64,000 nucleotides of DNA from Chrysemys picta bellii. Its lineage: Eukaryota. Location: contig NC_088795.1 of NCBI RefSeq assembly GCF_011386835.1, positions 37,882,001 through 37,946,000 on the forward strand, given 5' to 3'. Positions within the stretch are counted from its first letter, which is position 1, and every line of letters begins with the position of its first letter. The position numbers were made by a program, and so were the translations under genes. Below are positions 27,001-38,969 of this stretch, one piece after another. The notes beneath the pieces are model-generated. The model saw only the letters and a program-made list of their open reading frames with translations, ran no database searches and had not been told where the DNA came from.

Positions 27001-30000
27001 AGAGAAATACTGTTGTTGGAAGTACATTTTTATTCAAATGATTCATATTTGTCTGGTTTTGTGTATATACATTAACTCATACAATGAGTGTATGTATAAC
27101 TATATATATATATGTATATTAAAATACATATATACTGCACTGGTCAGTTTGTACACTCAAGGGCCTGGTATGTATGTGAAACTCGAAACATAAATATGTT
27201 TTGTGAGCATTATTCTGTTTCCTCATAGTAAAAATCCCATTACTGACAAAGATTATAGCGTTGATTTCAACTGAATCCCCAGCCAGATTAAAAATGCAGT
27301 AGTCTAAGGATTTTCAACATTTATACTGAACTCTCCAATAATATACAGTTTTCAAGAGCTTTTTTAGTGAAGCAAATTTTATTAGTAAATAACTCAGTTT
27401 TATTTGACCATCTATAGGGGAGAACAAACAAAAAAGAGTGATAATATATTAAATCAGATATTGGATTTCTAAATAACGAAGTTTTCATATATCAACACAT
27501 TTCATTTCAATATTGTAGTGTAGACATTCAGTTAATACTGACTTTTATACCAAACCACTGCTAATGTGTTCCTTTGAACTAGTCCTTTGCACTCAGTAGG
27601 ACTGACTATGTTAAATTATAAAATTTTAAAAGAGATAGGGGAAAATATCACATTGGTTTTACAGAGGTGTTTATTAAAATGTAGAGAGAGCTCTCTGACT
27701 AGCTAAAAGGTGTTTCAATGTGGAGTCTACATTTGGTCTGATGTTGAAGGTATCCTGCATTTCCTCATACACCCCTCTTCCCCCATTACAAGCTTTCCTG
27801 TCAGACAAACTCTTAGTGGTTGATCGCACCAGTTGTACTATTCTTCCACAAAGCAGCTCTGGCAACAGTAACAGTGTGAAACTGGCATGAGTCTAATCAG
27901 TTCTCCTCTCAGCTCTTGCTGGCACAGGGTAATAAAAGGGGTCTGGCCCTCCTTGGCCTTGCATATTGTGTAGCATTTTCAGCTATACAAAGTGAGTACA
28001 AAGTGGGTTTAAACCACTACAATCCATGTAATTGAGGAGATTTCTTATTTGGAGCCCTTTACATTCACTTTGCATAGGTGTAATTAATTACATGAGTTCT
28101 AAAGTTGTGGACAATCATGACCAAACTCATTAGGCAGTATAGCATGGCATTATCTAGAGGGAAGTTGAGAAAAGAAACAAATGTCTATATATAATGAAGG
28201 ATATATAGGGATGCAGAAGTTGGAAGTTTTTAGAAGGAAGGGGAGGAGGGAAATCTCAAAAAGGAAGCAGAGAGTTTGAAAGACAAATAAACAGCTAATT
28301 ATTTAATCCTTAGTTGGGAACTGTATTTGAGTTTCTTTTGGCTGCCATCCTAACTAGTGGTGATATTTGCATAGGCAAAAGAAATTGAGGAATAAAATCT
28401 CTTTCCAAAGTGTTTGATTGCCTCCTGCCATAAGTTGGCAGACTATGTGGGGAGGAGATCCTACGGGCAAAAAATAAATTAAAGAAATACCACCTGTGCT
28501 AATGAAGAACAGGAACTGACATACTGCCATCTGTAAAGTTTGCTCCTTACTCCCCCTTCCCACTCCTTGAGAGAATATGAAGCTATAACATACTTGAGAG
28601 GTTCTGAGGATGTCAGAAAAAAGTGCAGATCCTCCAAGGGTGAGTTCAGCCATGAAATTGCTGTGATGTGCTCCCCCTGTTTATTTCTGACATGTACTTT
28701 GCTTAAGTGCAAGCCACTCTCGTTAACTTCTGTAGTGATCACACACATGTTTTAAAGGGCAGACTTTGGTCATTAGGTTCTAAGTGGCCTCAACCGCCAT
28801 ATATGTCACAGCTGAGTTGAGGGGGCTCAATACCTGCCATATACAGATGGTGCATTTGAAAGTTCACTTTAGTTTTAGAGGTATTCCTGGCATCAGCAGT
28901 ATTCTCAATTTTAAATACAGGGTATATGTATGCTGAACTTAAAATATCAAAAAAGTATATAATGTGCCCTAAGAAGTGCATGTTGTGCCTGTCCTTAATT
29001 AAAATGGCAGTTTCACACTGGCTTTCACAGAGGAGGGGTGCTAGCTCCTCCGACATTTGAGCACTTTCTAAATACTTGTATAGGGGAAAAGGTACCTTGC
29101 ACTCTGTGGCCAAGGTGGGACACCCAATACAAATTCTCCATTGGTAGAATTAGGAAAATCTTCGTAGGCACTGTGACAGCAGTACATGGTATTCACATGG
29201 GCTGGGATTTTCAAGGAAGCCTAAGAGAATTAGTTATCGAAATCCTACTGAAATGGGATTTGATCAACCAGTTCTCTTAGGTGTCTTAGAAAATCCCAGC
29301 GATATTTGGTTATACATAAACAAAACAGTCATGGGCTAAATTTCTTGCCTAAAATGTGGCTGTTTGATCAATTAAAAAATAAACTTGTAAGTGATTTTCT
29401 TTCCAGGAAGATCTCCCATAGAAGTAGCTTTTGGAAGATTGATATTAAAATATATTAACTTCAGGAAATAGAAAATAATTGTACTGCCAATTTACCCCCA
29501 CACACACACACAAAATTTATTTTACAAAATTAAAAATGCACAATATTGTTCCTATTTTATCTATTCCTGTTTATGACACTTTTTGACATAAAAGTTATAA
29601 GGATTTGGAATTCCATGAACTATTGTCTATTTATTTTTCTCATTTGAGTTTATAGATTTAAACAAGTGAAAGGTATTAATTATTATTAGTCAAATCTGCA
29701 CATCTAAAATGAAGGGAACATTAAAATGGGTAATTAAGTATGTGTACCCAGATTTGGTAGTTATGCTGAGTACCCACCATTCTATATATACAGTGACCTC
29801 ATTTTTTTTGACAGTTTTCAAAATACTATAGATTATGGTTATATTCTCTTTGCTTAACAAGGAGAATATGTCTGAAACTGGTAATACCTCCAGAACAAGC
29901 ATGAACTTTTCAAGTGTACCCACTGTATACAGCAGGTAATGCACAAACTCAGAACTGTCTTGGAAGTGTTCAGTACCTCGAAAGATTGGGCATTCCTGCC

Positions 30001-31579
30001 CCAATCCTGCAATTGCATCTGCCTGTTTAGAGTCCCGCTGATTACATTAGGGTTTCGTCCCTCAAATCCTCCACTGATTTCCTGGGGGTTGCAAGGCACA
30101 TAAATCAGGGCCAAATTTGGTCTAATGTATTCAATAATAGTACAGGTGAAAAGTCAGTCCCAATGCAATTGTATAAACTGAAGATCAACTAATTTCCTAA
30201 TGCCAAATCCTGGTCACGGATTTCAGTAGGAATACTTGGGCCTAAGTGAAAATATGAGTAATTACAGATCTCTGAATTTGTAACGAATGATAGACAATTT
30301 CATTTTGTTATGCAGTCCAGTCACTCTAAAAGAGAAGTCATTGAGTTTGAGTTGCTTAGGTTTTCCATGAGATGTGTGAATACCTTTCATAAATTATAAA
30401 CTTGCTTGCATAGTGTCTGGGAAAACATGACCTCCACAACCAAAGTGATGTTCTGAACAACTGATGTTTGGTTTATAGCCTTTACTCTGTTTGATCTACA
30501 TGTAGGGTTATAGTCTGCATATTTGCCCCAGCCACCTGTCTTGTATCACAACGCTGCTGAACAGATGTTCCACCGAAAGGATATACTACCCTCTTTATAT
30601 GATGCTGCCTTCCTGTTATGACAGTGCAAGTATAATTTGTACTGCAGTAGGACCAAATCTCATTCCCTTTTAGAGATCTATCGGGGCAACATGGAATTGG
30701 TGCATACTATGATGTTCTTCCTCTATTTTAACAAGAGGTTCCCCAGAATTTTCTGTATATATTAGGGTGTGTGGGTGCATTGGGGTGGGTGGATTGACAA
30801 ATATTCATTCATTTCTCATTGAAATGCAAATGCTTTCTCGTAACTAAGGAAGAAGGCAACATCTCAACAAAGGGCCCAGCCATGAAAACATATCAGAAGT
30901 CCCACTGAACTCTCTAGCAAGAGTAATTTAGCTTTATCCAGAAAGAGGATGACTCCATCAGAGGCAAATAAATCATTCCACAACTGTCCTTTCAATTTGA
31001 TAATGATAGAATTTGAACCCAGAGACCCAAGGAATCTCCGATTGTCCTCTCTAGCACATCATTGGGTTTTGGTAGTCACCATTTGGAACATGCAAACATC
31101 CGAAGAAGCCACACCTGACACATTGTGGTCAAAATATGCAGTAATTTCTGCTCCATATCCCAGATCTATTATGTGGATGATGACGGAAGGATTTCACTCT
31201 TTGATATGCCAAGTAAATAGTATTACAGTGTTAACTGAGGGGTGGTGGTGGGGGGGTAAATGAGTAATCATCGACTATTTATTAGAGCACTTAAGGAAGA
31301 ATAAAGTGTTTCAGTATATAACTTCTACATGCTCAAGCTGCATAAGAATTTTTAATACTAAATCCATGGTTTTAAAACATTTTGATCAATAATATTTCCT
31401 TTATCTTCCTTTTTTGCCTATGTACTTACAATTACAAAAAAGTGAGTTAAACATTTTGAGAAGTCTCCTCTAGCTATTCTGCAACACATGGCTACTATGG
31501 TAAATATGGTGTGCCTATTGGAATAAGGGGCATTTTATCTGTATATAATTGATTTTTGCTGTTCCAAAAGAATGACCAA

Positions 31580-31611
31580 TTAAAAAATAAACCTGTACAT
31601 GATTTTCTTTC
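31580..31611 (-). CDS. Candidate terminal coding exon of the EFCAB14-like gene (GKKIMYRFIF*)
   Basis: Strong acceptor tctttattttattttacag|, phase 1 compatible, TAA at 31582-31580. Minus-strand AATAAA about 300 nt downstream at 31278-31283. Confidence 0.4.
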
Positions 31612-31797
31612 CTGTAAAATAAAATAAAGATCCAGAACATTGTGTGCATCTCTCAGCCTTGCAATTAGTCTTCTCAGTTATTCTGTAATACAAAAAGATT
31701 CCCTGTTAGATGGGGTCATATCTTAAGTACATTGAAACACAGAAGTTTGAATGATAAGTTTTTCTTATGGTGAATTCAGCTAAATGTAGCTACTCTG

Positions 31798-33335
31798 AAT
31801 CAGAGAAATGTAGGACTACAAGGGACCTTGATAGTTCATCTAATCCAGTCCCTTGCATTGAGGCAGGACTAAGTATTATCTAGACCATCCCTGTGTAACC
31901 AGTTCTTAAAAACCTCCATTGAGGGAGATTCCACAATGTCCTAGGTAATTTGTTCCAGTGCTTAACTACCTTTAAAATTAAGAAGTTTTTCCTAATGTCT
32001 AACCTAAATCTCCCTTGTTGCAATTTAAGCCCATTACTTCTTGTCCTGGCCTGAATGGTTAAAGTTAACAATTTATCCTCTTCTTTATAACAACCTTTTA
32101 TGTTCTTGAAGACTTTTCTCATATCCCCTCTCAGTCTTCTCTTCTCCAGACTAAACAAACCCAGTTTTTTTTCCTGAATTTTTCTTTGTAGGTCATGTTT
32201 TTTAGACCATTGATCATTTTTGTTGCTGTCCTCTGGAGTTTCTCCACTTTGTCCACATCTTTCCTGAAGTATGGTGCCCAGAACTGGATACAGTACTCCA
32301 GCTGAGGCCTTATCAGTGCTGAGTAGAGGAGAAGAATTACTTCTCATGTTTTGCTTACAACATTCCTGCTAATAGATTTCAAAATGATGTTTGCTTTTTT
32401 TGTAACAGTATTACATTGTGGCCTCAGATTTAGTTTGTGATGCACTCTCATGGGGCGAGTACCCTGATCACCCTGAGACGCAGCGAGGGTGTGATAGCCC
32501 CGCGGCGCAGCCACTAGGGTTGTGCCCCGCCTCAGGGACACGCGGCCCAATGACCAGGGTCAGTAGGGCTTTCCTTGTCTGTGGGGAAGCACGGCCTAGT
32601 GGCCAGAGTCAGTGGACCTCCCCTTGTCTACAGGGAAGCATGGCCCAGGGGCCAGAGTCAGTTGAAGGCGTGGGGGAAGGCAGTTGGTGGGCCACCGCCC
32701 AGAAATGGGGGGCGGCCAGGTAGGGGGATCCAGGCCTTCCCTGCTCCACTGTGTAACATGCCGACTATTGCGGGGATGCTGGCTGGTCCCTCCCAGGGCT
32801 GCTTCCTACCTTGACTCCTGTAGCTGAGTCTGGGTGTCTTCAGGGTCTCGGGGTGCTATGGCTATAATCTCTCTGGGGCCTCTGTGGGTGCCTGGGTGCC
32901 TGCCTGGGCCGCAGCATCTCCTACTCCCTTGGTATGGGCTTCCGGTTGCTCCTCGTCTGGAGCTCGCGAGGTGTGTCTTCTCTCCTCGGTGGTCAGCCCC
33001 AACTGAACTGTGCAACTCCCTTTTATACTGCAACAGCAGTTGGAGCATGCCCAGCGGGGTTGAGGGGGTGGGGCTTCCATGGCTCAGAGTGTTGCCTTAA
33101 CCCCTTTCTCTCCAGTGCGGGGCCAGTACACCTCGTCACAAAGCCCCAGATCCTTTTCTCCTTCCTAGACAGTCATTTCCCATTTTCTATTTGTGCAGTT
33201 GATTAGTTCTTCCTAAGTGCAATACTTTGCAGTTGTCCTTATTGAATTTCATCCTATTTATTTCAGACCAGTTTCTCAACGTGATTTTGAAGTCTGATCC
33301 GGTCCTCCAGAGAACTTGCATCTCCTCCCTGCAAG
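31798..33335 (-). mobile_element. CR1 LINE 3' fragment split by an LTR-like insertion (32436-33140)
   Basis: Minus frame LGLFSLEKRRLRGDM...RTRSNGLKLQQGRFRLDIRKNFL. CR1 sequence resumes after 33140 (ccccagatcc). Confidence 0.9.
32436..33140 (-). mobile_element. GC-rich LTR-like element (Gypsy or DIRS type) inside CR1
   Basis: TGTG...CACA termini, internal TATA-like tataaaaggg on the minus strand, and similarity to 44284-45000. No clean TSD. Confidence 0.7.
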
Positions 33336-33934
33336 TTTTTGAATATAGGTAAGCCCATAGAGGAAAAATCTCCTCTCAGCTACATGGTGAATGTCAGCTC
33401 CAGTATTCTGGTCTCCCGACTTAATATATTGATATTTTTTCATGTGGGGAAAAGCAGAATTTTGGAGTCAAATGCACCACAAAGATATGAGAGGAGAATT
33501 TTGCTCTTAAATTGTCTTGTGCCTTTTTCTCCAGCTATACTTCCAAGGATTGAAAGTGAGAACCCCATTTCCACTATGCAGAAACAAACTTCCCAAAACC
33601 TCTTGTCTTGAGTCTTCAGTCAAAATTATGAAAATGTACTTAGGGTAACCTTTTCCCCTTCTATAATGTGGTCATAGTGTTGGAACTCAGAAAGTAATAA
33701 TTGTAGGGGCTGACCTCAAACGCCCCAAATGGCTGTGGCTGTCAAGTAACAAAAAGGATTGTGATTTCATTCAAGCTACAGTTGGGCCCAGAGAAGGACT
33801 CAAGATCTGAAACTAGCTCATATCCACAGCTGAACTGTGACACCCTGTTGGAACCCTGAACCTGAACAACCCAAACTCTGGGAAAGTTCAGATGCGATTC
33901 CAGATCCAGATTCGTGACTTAGGTCTATCTCTAA

Positions 33935-34076
33935 GGGTTTGTCTACAATTGAAAATTTACTGAAATAGCTATTCTGTAATAATTATTCCAGAATAAAAGT
34001 GTCCTCATAGGGGCTAATTTTGGAATAATTATTGGAGAATAGATATTTCAGCAAATTCTCAACTGTAGACAAGCCC
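33935..34076. mobile_element. Palindromic Harbinger-type MITE
   Basis: TIRs gggtttgtctaca / tgtagacaagccc, TAA TSD, and the whole element is an imperfect palindrome. Confidence 0.85.
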
Positions 34077-34171
34077 TAATGCCGTCTTTCAGAAAAAGGA
34101 AGAGGTGTTGGATGGAAGGGAAAAAAATCTAGTTAAGAAACAAACCTCAATGGTTTTTAAAAAATCCTTAC

Positions 34172-34348
34172 CTGTCAGCTCAAGGGCTTTTCTCAATTCA
34201 AGGTAGGAGTACATCTTATTGTTATCATCATCAAATTCTTCCAATTCCTCTTTCTGAGGTGCATCTTCTCCCAGGACCTTTTCTATCTCAGTAAATGTCA
34301 GGTATCCATTTGCATTTTTGTCAGCATCATAGAAAAAGACTTGGAGGT
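34172..34348 (-). CDS. EFCAB14-like gene, EF-hand pair exon (177 nt, phase 1-1)
   Basis: Minus-strand acceptor ttcaaatag| and donor |gtaagg. Encodes (D)LQVFFYDADKNANGYLTFTEIEKVLGEDAPQKEELEEFDDDNNKMYSYLELRKALELT. Contains loops DKNANGYLTFTE and DDDNNKMYSYLE. Aligns without gaps to the recalled EFCAB14 C-terminus. Confidence 0.9.
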
Positions 34349-36249
34349 CTATTTGAATCAAAACAGTACACCAAAATGTGCAATCTTTTACATTTTCACT
34401 TAGAATTTACACCAGAATAATCCATTCAAAATCAAGGATAGGGGCCTCAAAGGATTTCTAGCCAATCACTCTTTTCAATTATGATTGAGAAAAGAGGTCT
34501 CTGATGCAGTAGATAACCATGTTGATAAGGTTAGGGTTTTATAGCCACAGCCCAGGCTGAAGGGACTGTTGATGGGGCACACTTATTTGACCAAAATTCC
34601 TTGTGGGGCTCCAATGGAGCATATGCTACTGCAGCAGCTCTGCTACCCTTGCAGTAGGTGGAGTGTGCATTCCTACCCATGTTGAATGGAGTCCACTGGC
34701 TGGTGGTAACTCTATGCATGATGAGTTAAAGAACCCTAGTAAACATACTAGCCCTTTACACCATCCATATTGTTTCAGATTCATTTTTATCATTTCCCTC
34801 TTTTGTTTCATTCCCTTGATAAATATCCTCTCCATTTTATAAACCAATCACCAGGTAGTTTATTCAATTAGATAAAAGAATCAACAAAAATAAAACAAAG
34901 CTGTTAGCTTTTGTCCTGCAAATGACTGATTGCAGCTGGTTGATGCAGCCCCCAAAAGAACATAAACAAATCTGTTCTACTTTCCTGTGATCTTATGAAA
35001 GAGAATGAATTATTATATGATAAAATAAACTACTTCAGCATCATGTACATTATCTTAATTATAGAATTATGCACATAGACATATACATGGTATCTCAATC
35101 CTTGGATGTTTACAAGATTCTATTTATTTAGAATATGTACGGGATGTCTGGAATGGGGCCAAATTTGAACTCCTGGTGAGCAAATCCAGTTATTAGTCAT
35201 GTCTCTGACATCTGAAACAAAAAAAGAATCTTCTTGTCAGTATATACAAAATGGGAAGTCACTTATAAATGTTGTAAGATATTGGTGTGCCTGAATGCAG
35301 CTGTAGAGATGGCTTCTCCCTCCTCTGGAGAAAGCTTTTCTACTGCAGAATATTCAAACCTGCCAGACTGGCATTATATAACCTCCTGCTTCAGGGCATT
35401 AGATAATCAGTTCTGTGGAGGTCAGAAAGAATTATCTTGCACCCTTCATTCCACCTCTCCATGACCACTTGGGCCAGAGCATTACTGATTAACACATTTT
35501 TCTTGTCAATATAAACAGCGAGGTGGTAAAATCTACAGATGACATTACACTATTTATGTTATTTAAGACTAGAGATGATGGTGGGGAACTGCAGCAAATA
35601 ATAACAAAGCTAGGACTTTGGACAACAAGATGGCAGATGATATACCACATGGCAAGTGCAAGGTAATGTACATTAGAATGGAAAGTTTGAACCACTGATG
35701 ATTTTCACATTAACTATGACTAGTCAGGAAAAAGATCCTGGCATCACTGTGGACTGCTCAATGGAAATATCTGCTCAGTGCATAGCAGTAATCAAGAACC
35801 AAATAAAATCAGTGGTATGAGCTCACTTTGATTTCTCTGTTAATCTCTGGCCACCCCCAAATAATAAAGCAGAAACAGAATAGGCCCATAAAAGAAAAAA
35901 ATAAAATGTTTAGAGGCACGGAAGGAATGCTGGCTGAGAGAAGATTTAAAAAAATAGTATCTTAGTATTAGAATTGAAGAAATCGTGTTACACCAGTGTA
36001 AAACTGATGTGATATCAGAATAAGGAATATCTAATAAATATAGAAAGGAGATAACAAAGAGGTGACATGATAAAAGAAATCTGAAATAATGAATGATGTA
36101 GGGAAGCAAAAGTGAACTTGCCCATGTTCTCTTTCTCATAATACAAGAACAAAGAAACAACCAAGAAAATTAAAAAGCCACACATTTAAAATTGGTAAAA
36201 TTAAATAAAACATTTTGCACAATACATAATTGACCTATGGAATTTATTG

Positions 36250-36470
36250 GACCTTGTCTCTCTAATATCCTGGGACCAAGACAGCTACAACAACATTCTT
36301 ACAATATGTGTTAACTACTTATGCTAAATAATATGTTCCACTTTGTATTTAGCTGTGACACTCTGAGTACCTTTCCCAGACCTGAAGAAGCACTCTCTGT
36401 AGTTGGAAAGCTTGTCTTTTTCACCAGTATAAGTTAGTCCAATAAAAGATATGACCTCACCCACCTTTTC
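36250..36470. mobile_element. Old Penelope-like fragment
   Basis: Shares tacttatgctaaa...cagacctgaagaag...tccaataaaagatat...cctcacccacctt with 42972-43210. Confidence 0.7.
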
Positions 36471-36554
36471 ATTGTTGTTCTAGGTCATTTATACCATCTA
36501 CAGGAAAACTCTAAGCACTGTCTTGCATTGAAACTCATTAAAGCATTTTGGGAT

Positions 36555-37108
36555 TGTAGTGAGGCGGTGTGGCTCCCCGCTGCCCCGGGGAGAGACGAGT
36601 CCCTACAGACACCAGAGTGGGCAGAGCCAGGGATCTCTGAGCCCACCCCCGAGAGGGTCAGGCATGGCACTGGAAGTATAAAGGCCCAACCCCAGAGCTC
36701 ACTGTGAGAGCAGCCACTGGGGAAGCCAGATGCCTCTGGCCTAGCTCACGATTGGGAAACCCCAGCAACCAGCGGTAAACCCAAGGACTGGCCCAATATG
36801 CCCTGCGCCAGCTACCTGGAAGAGTTGTCGAGCCTGCCCTGTGCCAGCTACCTGGAGGAGTTGCCGAGCCTGCCCAGTGCCAGCTACCTGGAGGAGTTGC
36901 CGAGCCTGCCCAGTGGCAGCTACCCGGAAGAGTTGCTGAGCCTACCCCTCGCCAGCTATCCCGAGGAACCCATGGTGCTGGACCCCCCTGAAGACACCAC
37001 CCTGACCCAGGTACCTCAAGAGGCGGAGTCTGGAAGTAGCCTGGGGGCTGCAGCACATTTTCCCGAATTTAGTGAGGCAGTGTGGTTCCCCGCTGCCCTG
37101 GAGAGAGA
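36555..37108 (+). mobile_element. GC-rich LTR/DIRS-like element with terminal direct repeats and an internal 36-bp tandem array
   Basis: 39-bp direct repeat at 36557-36595 and 37070-37108 (4 mismatches). About five 36-bp units encode PCASYLEELPSL-like peptides. Confidence 0.75.
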
Positions 37109-37417
37109 GAAGCCTGGGCTAACCTTTCTACAGGGAAACAGATCTTCAAAATAAAATTGTATTGTGCAGAGCTGCTGGGGATGTAACTCTCCCAGAGGCT
37201 ATCTCGTTAGCTGGAATGAAATTCACCCTTGTGAAGGTAGGGCCTACACAAGATCTATGTACCACTTAAGTCTTATTTTGAGGTGTTTTGGTGGCCTTTT
37301 GTCGAGGGGTGACCTTCAGCCCTGGTGAATACCTTCCAGGTGGGATCCCTGTAGGCTCCTGACATTTATTCTTTCTGCTTGATTGCAGATAATGTCTTCC
37401 AACAACAAGGATCTCAC

Positions 37418-37525
37418 CTGTAAGTTTCTTTATGAAAGGGATGTTTATTTTGTGCTTCTCTTCCACTGTCTCTGGCTCCATGGCTTGTGTCTGACGATCC
37501 AGATGAATCGGGTGTGAATCTGGTG
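37418..37525 (-). CDS. EFCAB14-like gene exon (108 nt, phase 1-1)
   Basis: Acceptor gttcactgtag| and donor cag|gtgaga. Encodes (A)PDSHPIHLDRQTQAMEPETVEEKHKINIPFIKKLT. INIP resembles EFCAB14 ISLP ahead of the EF-hands, and splicing to the next exon gives LT-DLQ. Confidence 0.85.
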
Positions 37526-38791
37526 CTACAGTGAACATAATAGCAAATTATTTCATTACATGAAAACTCATGTGAAATTATTACTTATTACTAACGGCAG
37601 AAAGACAACTGTTGCATAATTTATTTTAAATTACATAATTCTGATACTGAAAAACAACTGTACCCAGTGTACATTCTCACCACCTTCTTTTTGTTTTCTG
37701 AAGTTATTCACTCATTGTTTAGGGACATCGTAAGTTCAATGTTCTTTTATTCTTCATACTGTGTGGTATGTGGTTATTGCTAATAGCTGGTAGTAAGCAT
37801 TAAAACAGTAGGGACAGATTCTCAGCAGATATGAATAATTTTTGATTCAGTGAAGTCCACAGAGCTCTGCCCATTTACATTGGCTGAGGATCTGGCCTGT
37901 AATTCATAACAATGATATGCAGATTGATGTGAAACTAATAGCAATTCAGATGATTGGCATGCTGGTCAAAATATGAAACATAGTTTCCATTCAGTGGCTT
38001 GTAACTTTCTTGATCAGTACTTTGAAGGGTATTTGTAGTAACTGTGGATCCAGCTGGTATGTTGGAACAGACCAAGGTGGGTTATTCTTTTCTTTACTGC
38101 GTGTGCTGACTACTCATTTATGCTGAAATAAAAGCATAGGGCTCACAAAGAAAAGTTATTGAGTATCTTTATGTCTCTTTCAAGCAATTTGGGGGTGGGG
38201 ATCATTGTTAAGTCAATACGGTATTTTGTATGTTACTTACTTGGAAAATATTAATTAGCTACTGTATAGCTTCTGCAAGACAAGTCTTCACATTGAATTA
38301 GAGGTTTAGGTGAGTAATAGAAGAACATAAAGGGAAGTAATGTTAGAATCAGTAAAAGGAAACATCCCTTGATACACTGTATAGTTAACCAGTTAGAGTC
38401 ACTAACACAAATACCGTGAAATACTTTTAAAGGGATGAACAACAAACTGCATCTTGTACCTATGAAGTTAAAATAATGTAACGGGTAATTTAACATCAAG
38501 TTTCAAGTCATAAACCAATTACCATCGGAAATCAAAGAGTGTTTTCTCCGCCATGTACAGCAGAGAAAAATTACTCTGGTACGTTCTGTAGGGCTGTTGT
38601 CTTCCTTCAAAACACCAAGTGCATTGCTCTGTTAAGGATTGTATCAGCATGTACAATAACTCAATACAAGGTTGCCTGAAATTCATCCAATTCCTGTCAA
38701 TCTGATTTATCTTTATCTTTCCAAATGTATCTCTATAGTGAGTGTAAATAATGGGTTTAAATGTTAGTCTGGACTGAGGTGTATGACCCAC

Positions 38792-38969
38792 CATAATTTT
38801 GGGAAGATGGAGACAAAGTTGAAGGTGTATCTTCTTCTGTTTCCTTTAAGAATTCAGGTGTGGACGCATAAGACTTTGAGCTTCCCATATCTGTGTGGTT
38901 CAAGAAGTTCTCAATAAAATAGAAATCATCTTTAAGCTGAGAGATCTGAAGGAACACTGAATCCAATCC
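38792..38969 (-). CDS. EFCAB14-like gene exon (178 nt, phase 0-1)
   Basis: Acceptor tttatttgacag| and donor |gtgggt. Encodes GLDSVFLQISQLKDDFYFIENFLNHTDMGSSKSYASTPEFLKETEEDTPSTLSPSSQNY. QISQLK resembles recalled EFCAB14 QVSKLR. Confidence 0.85.
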
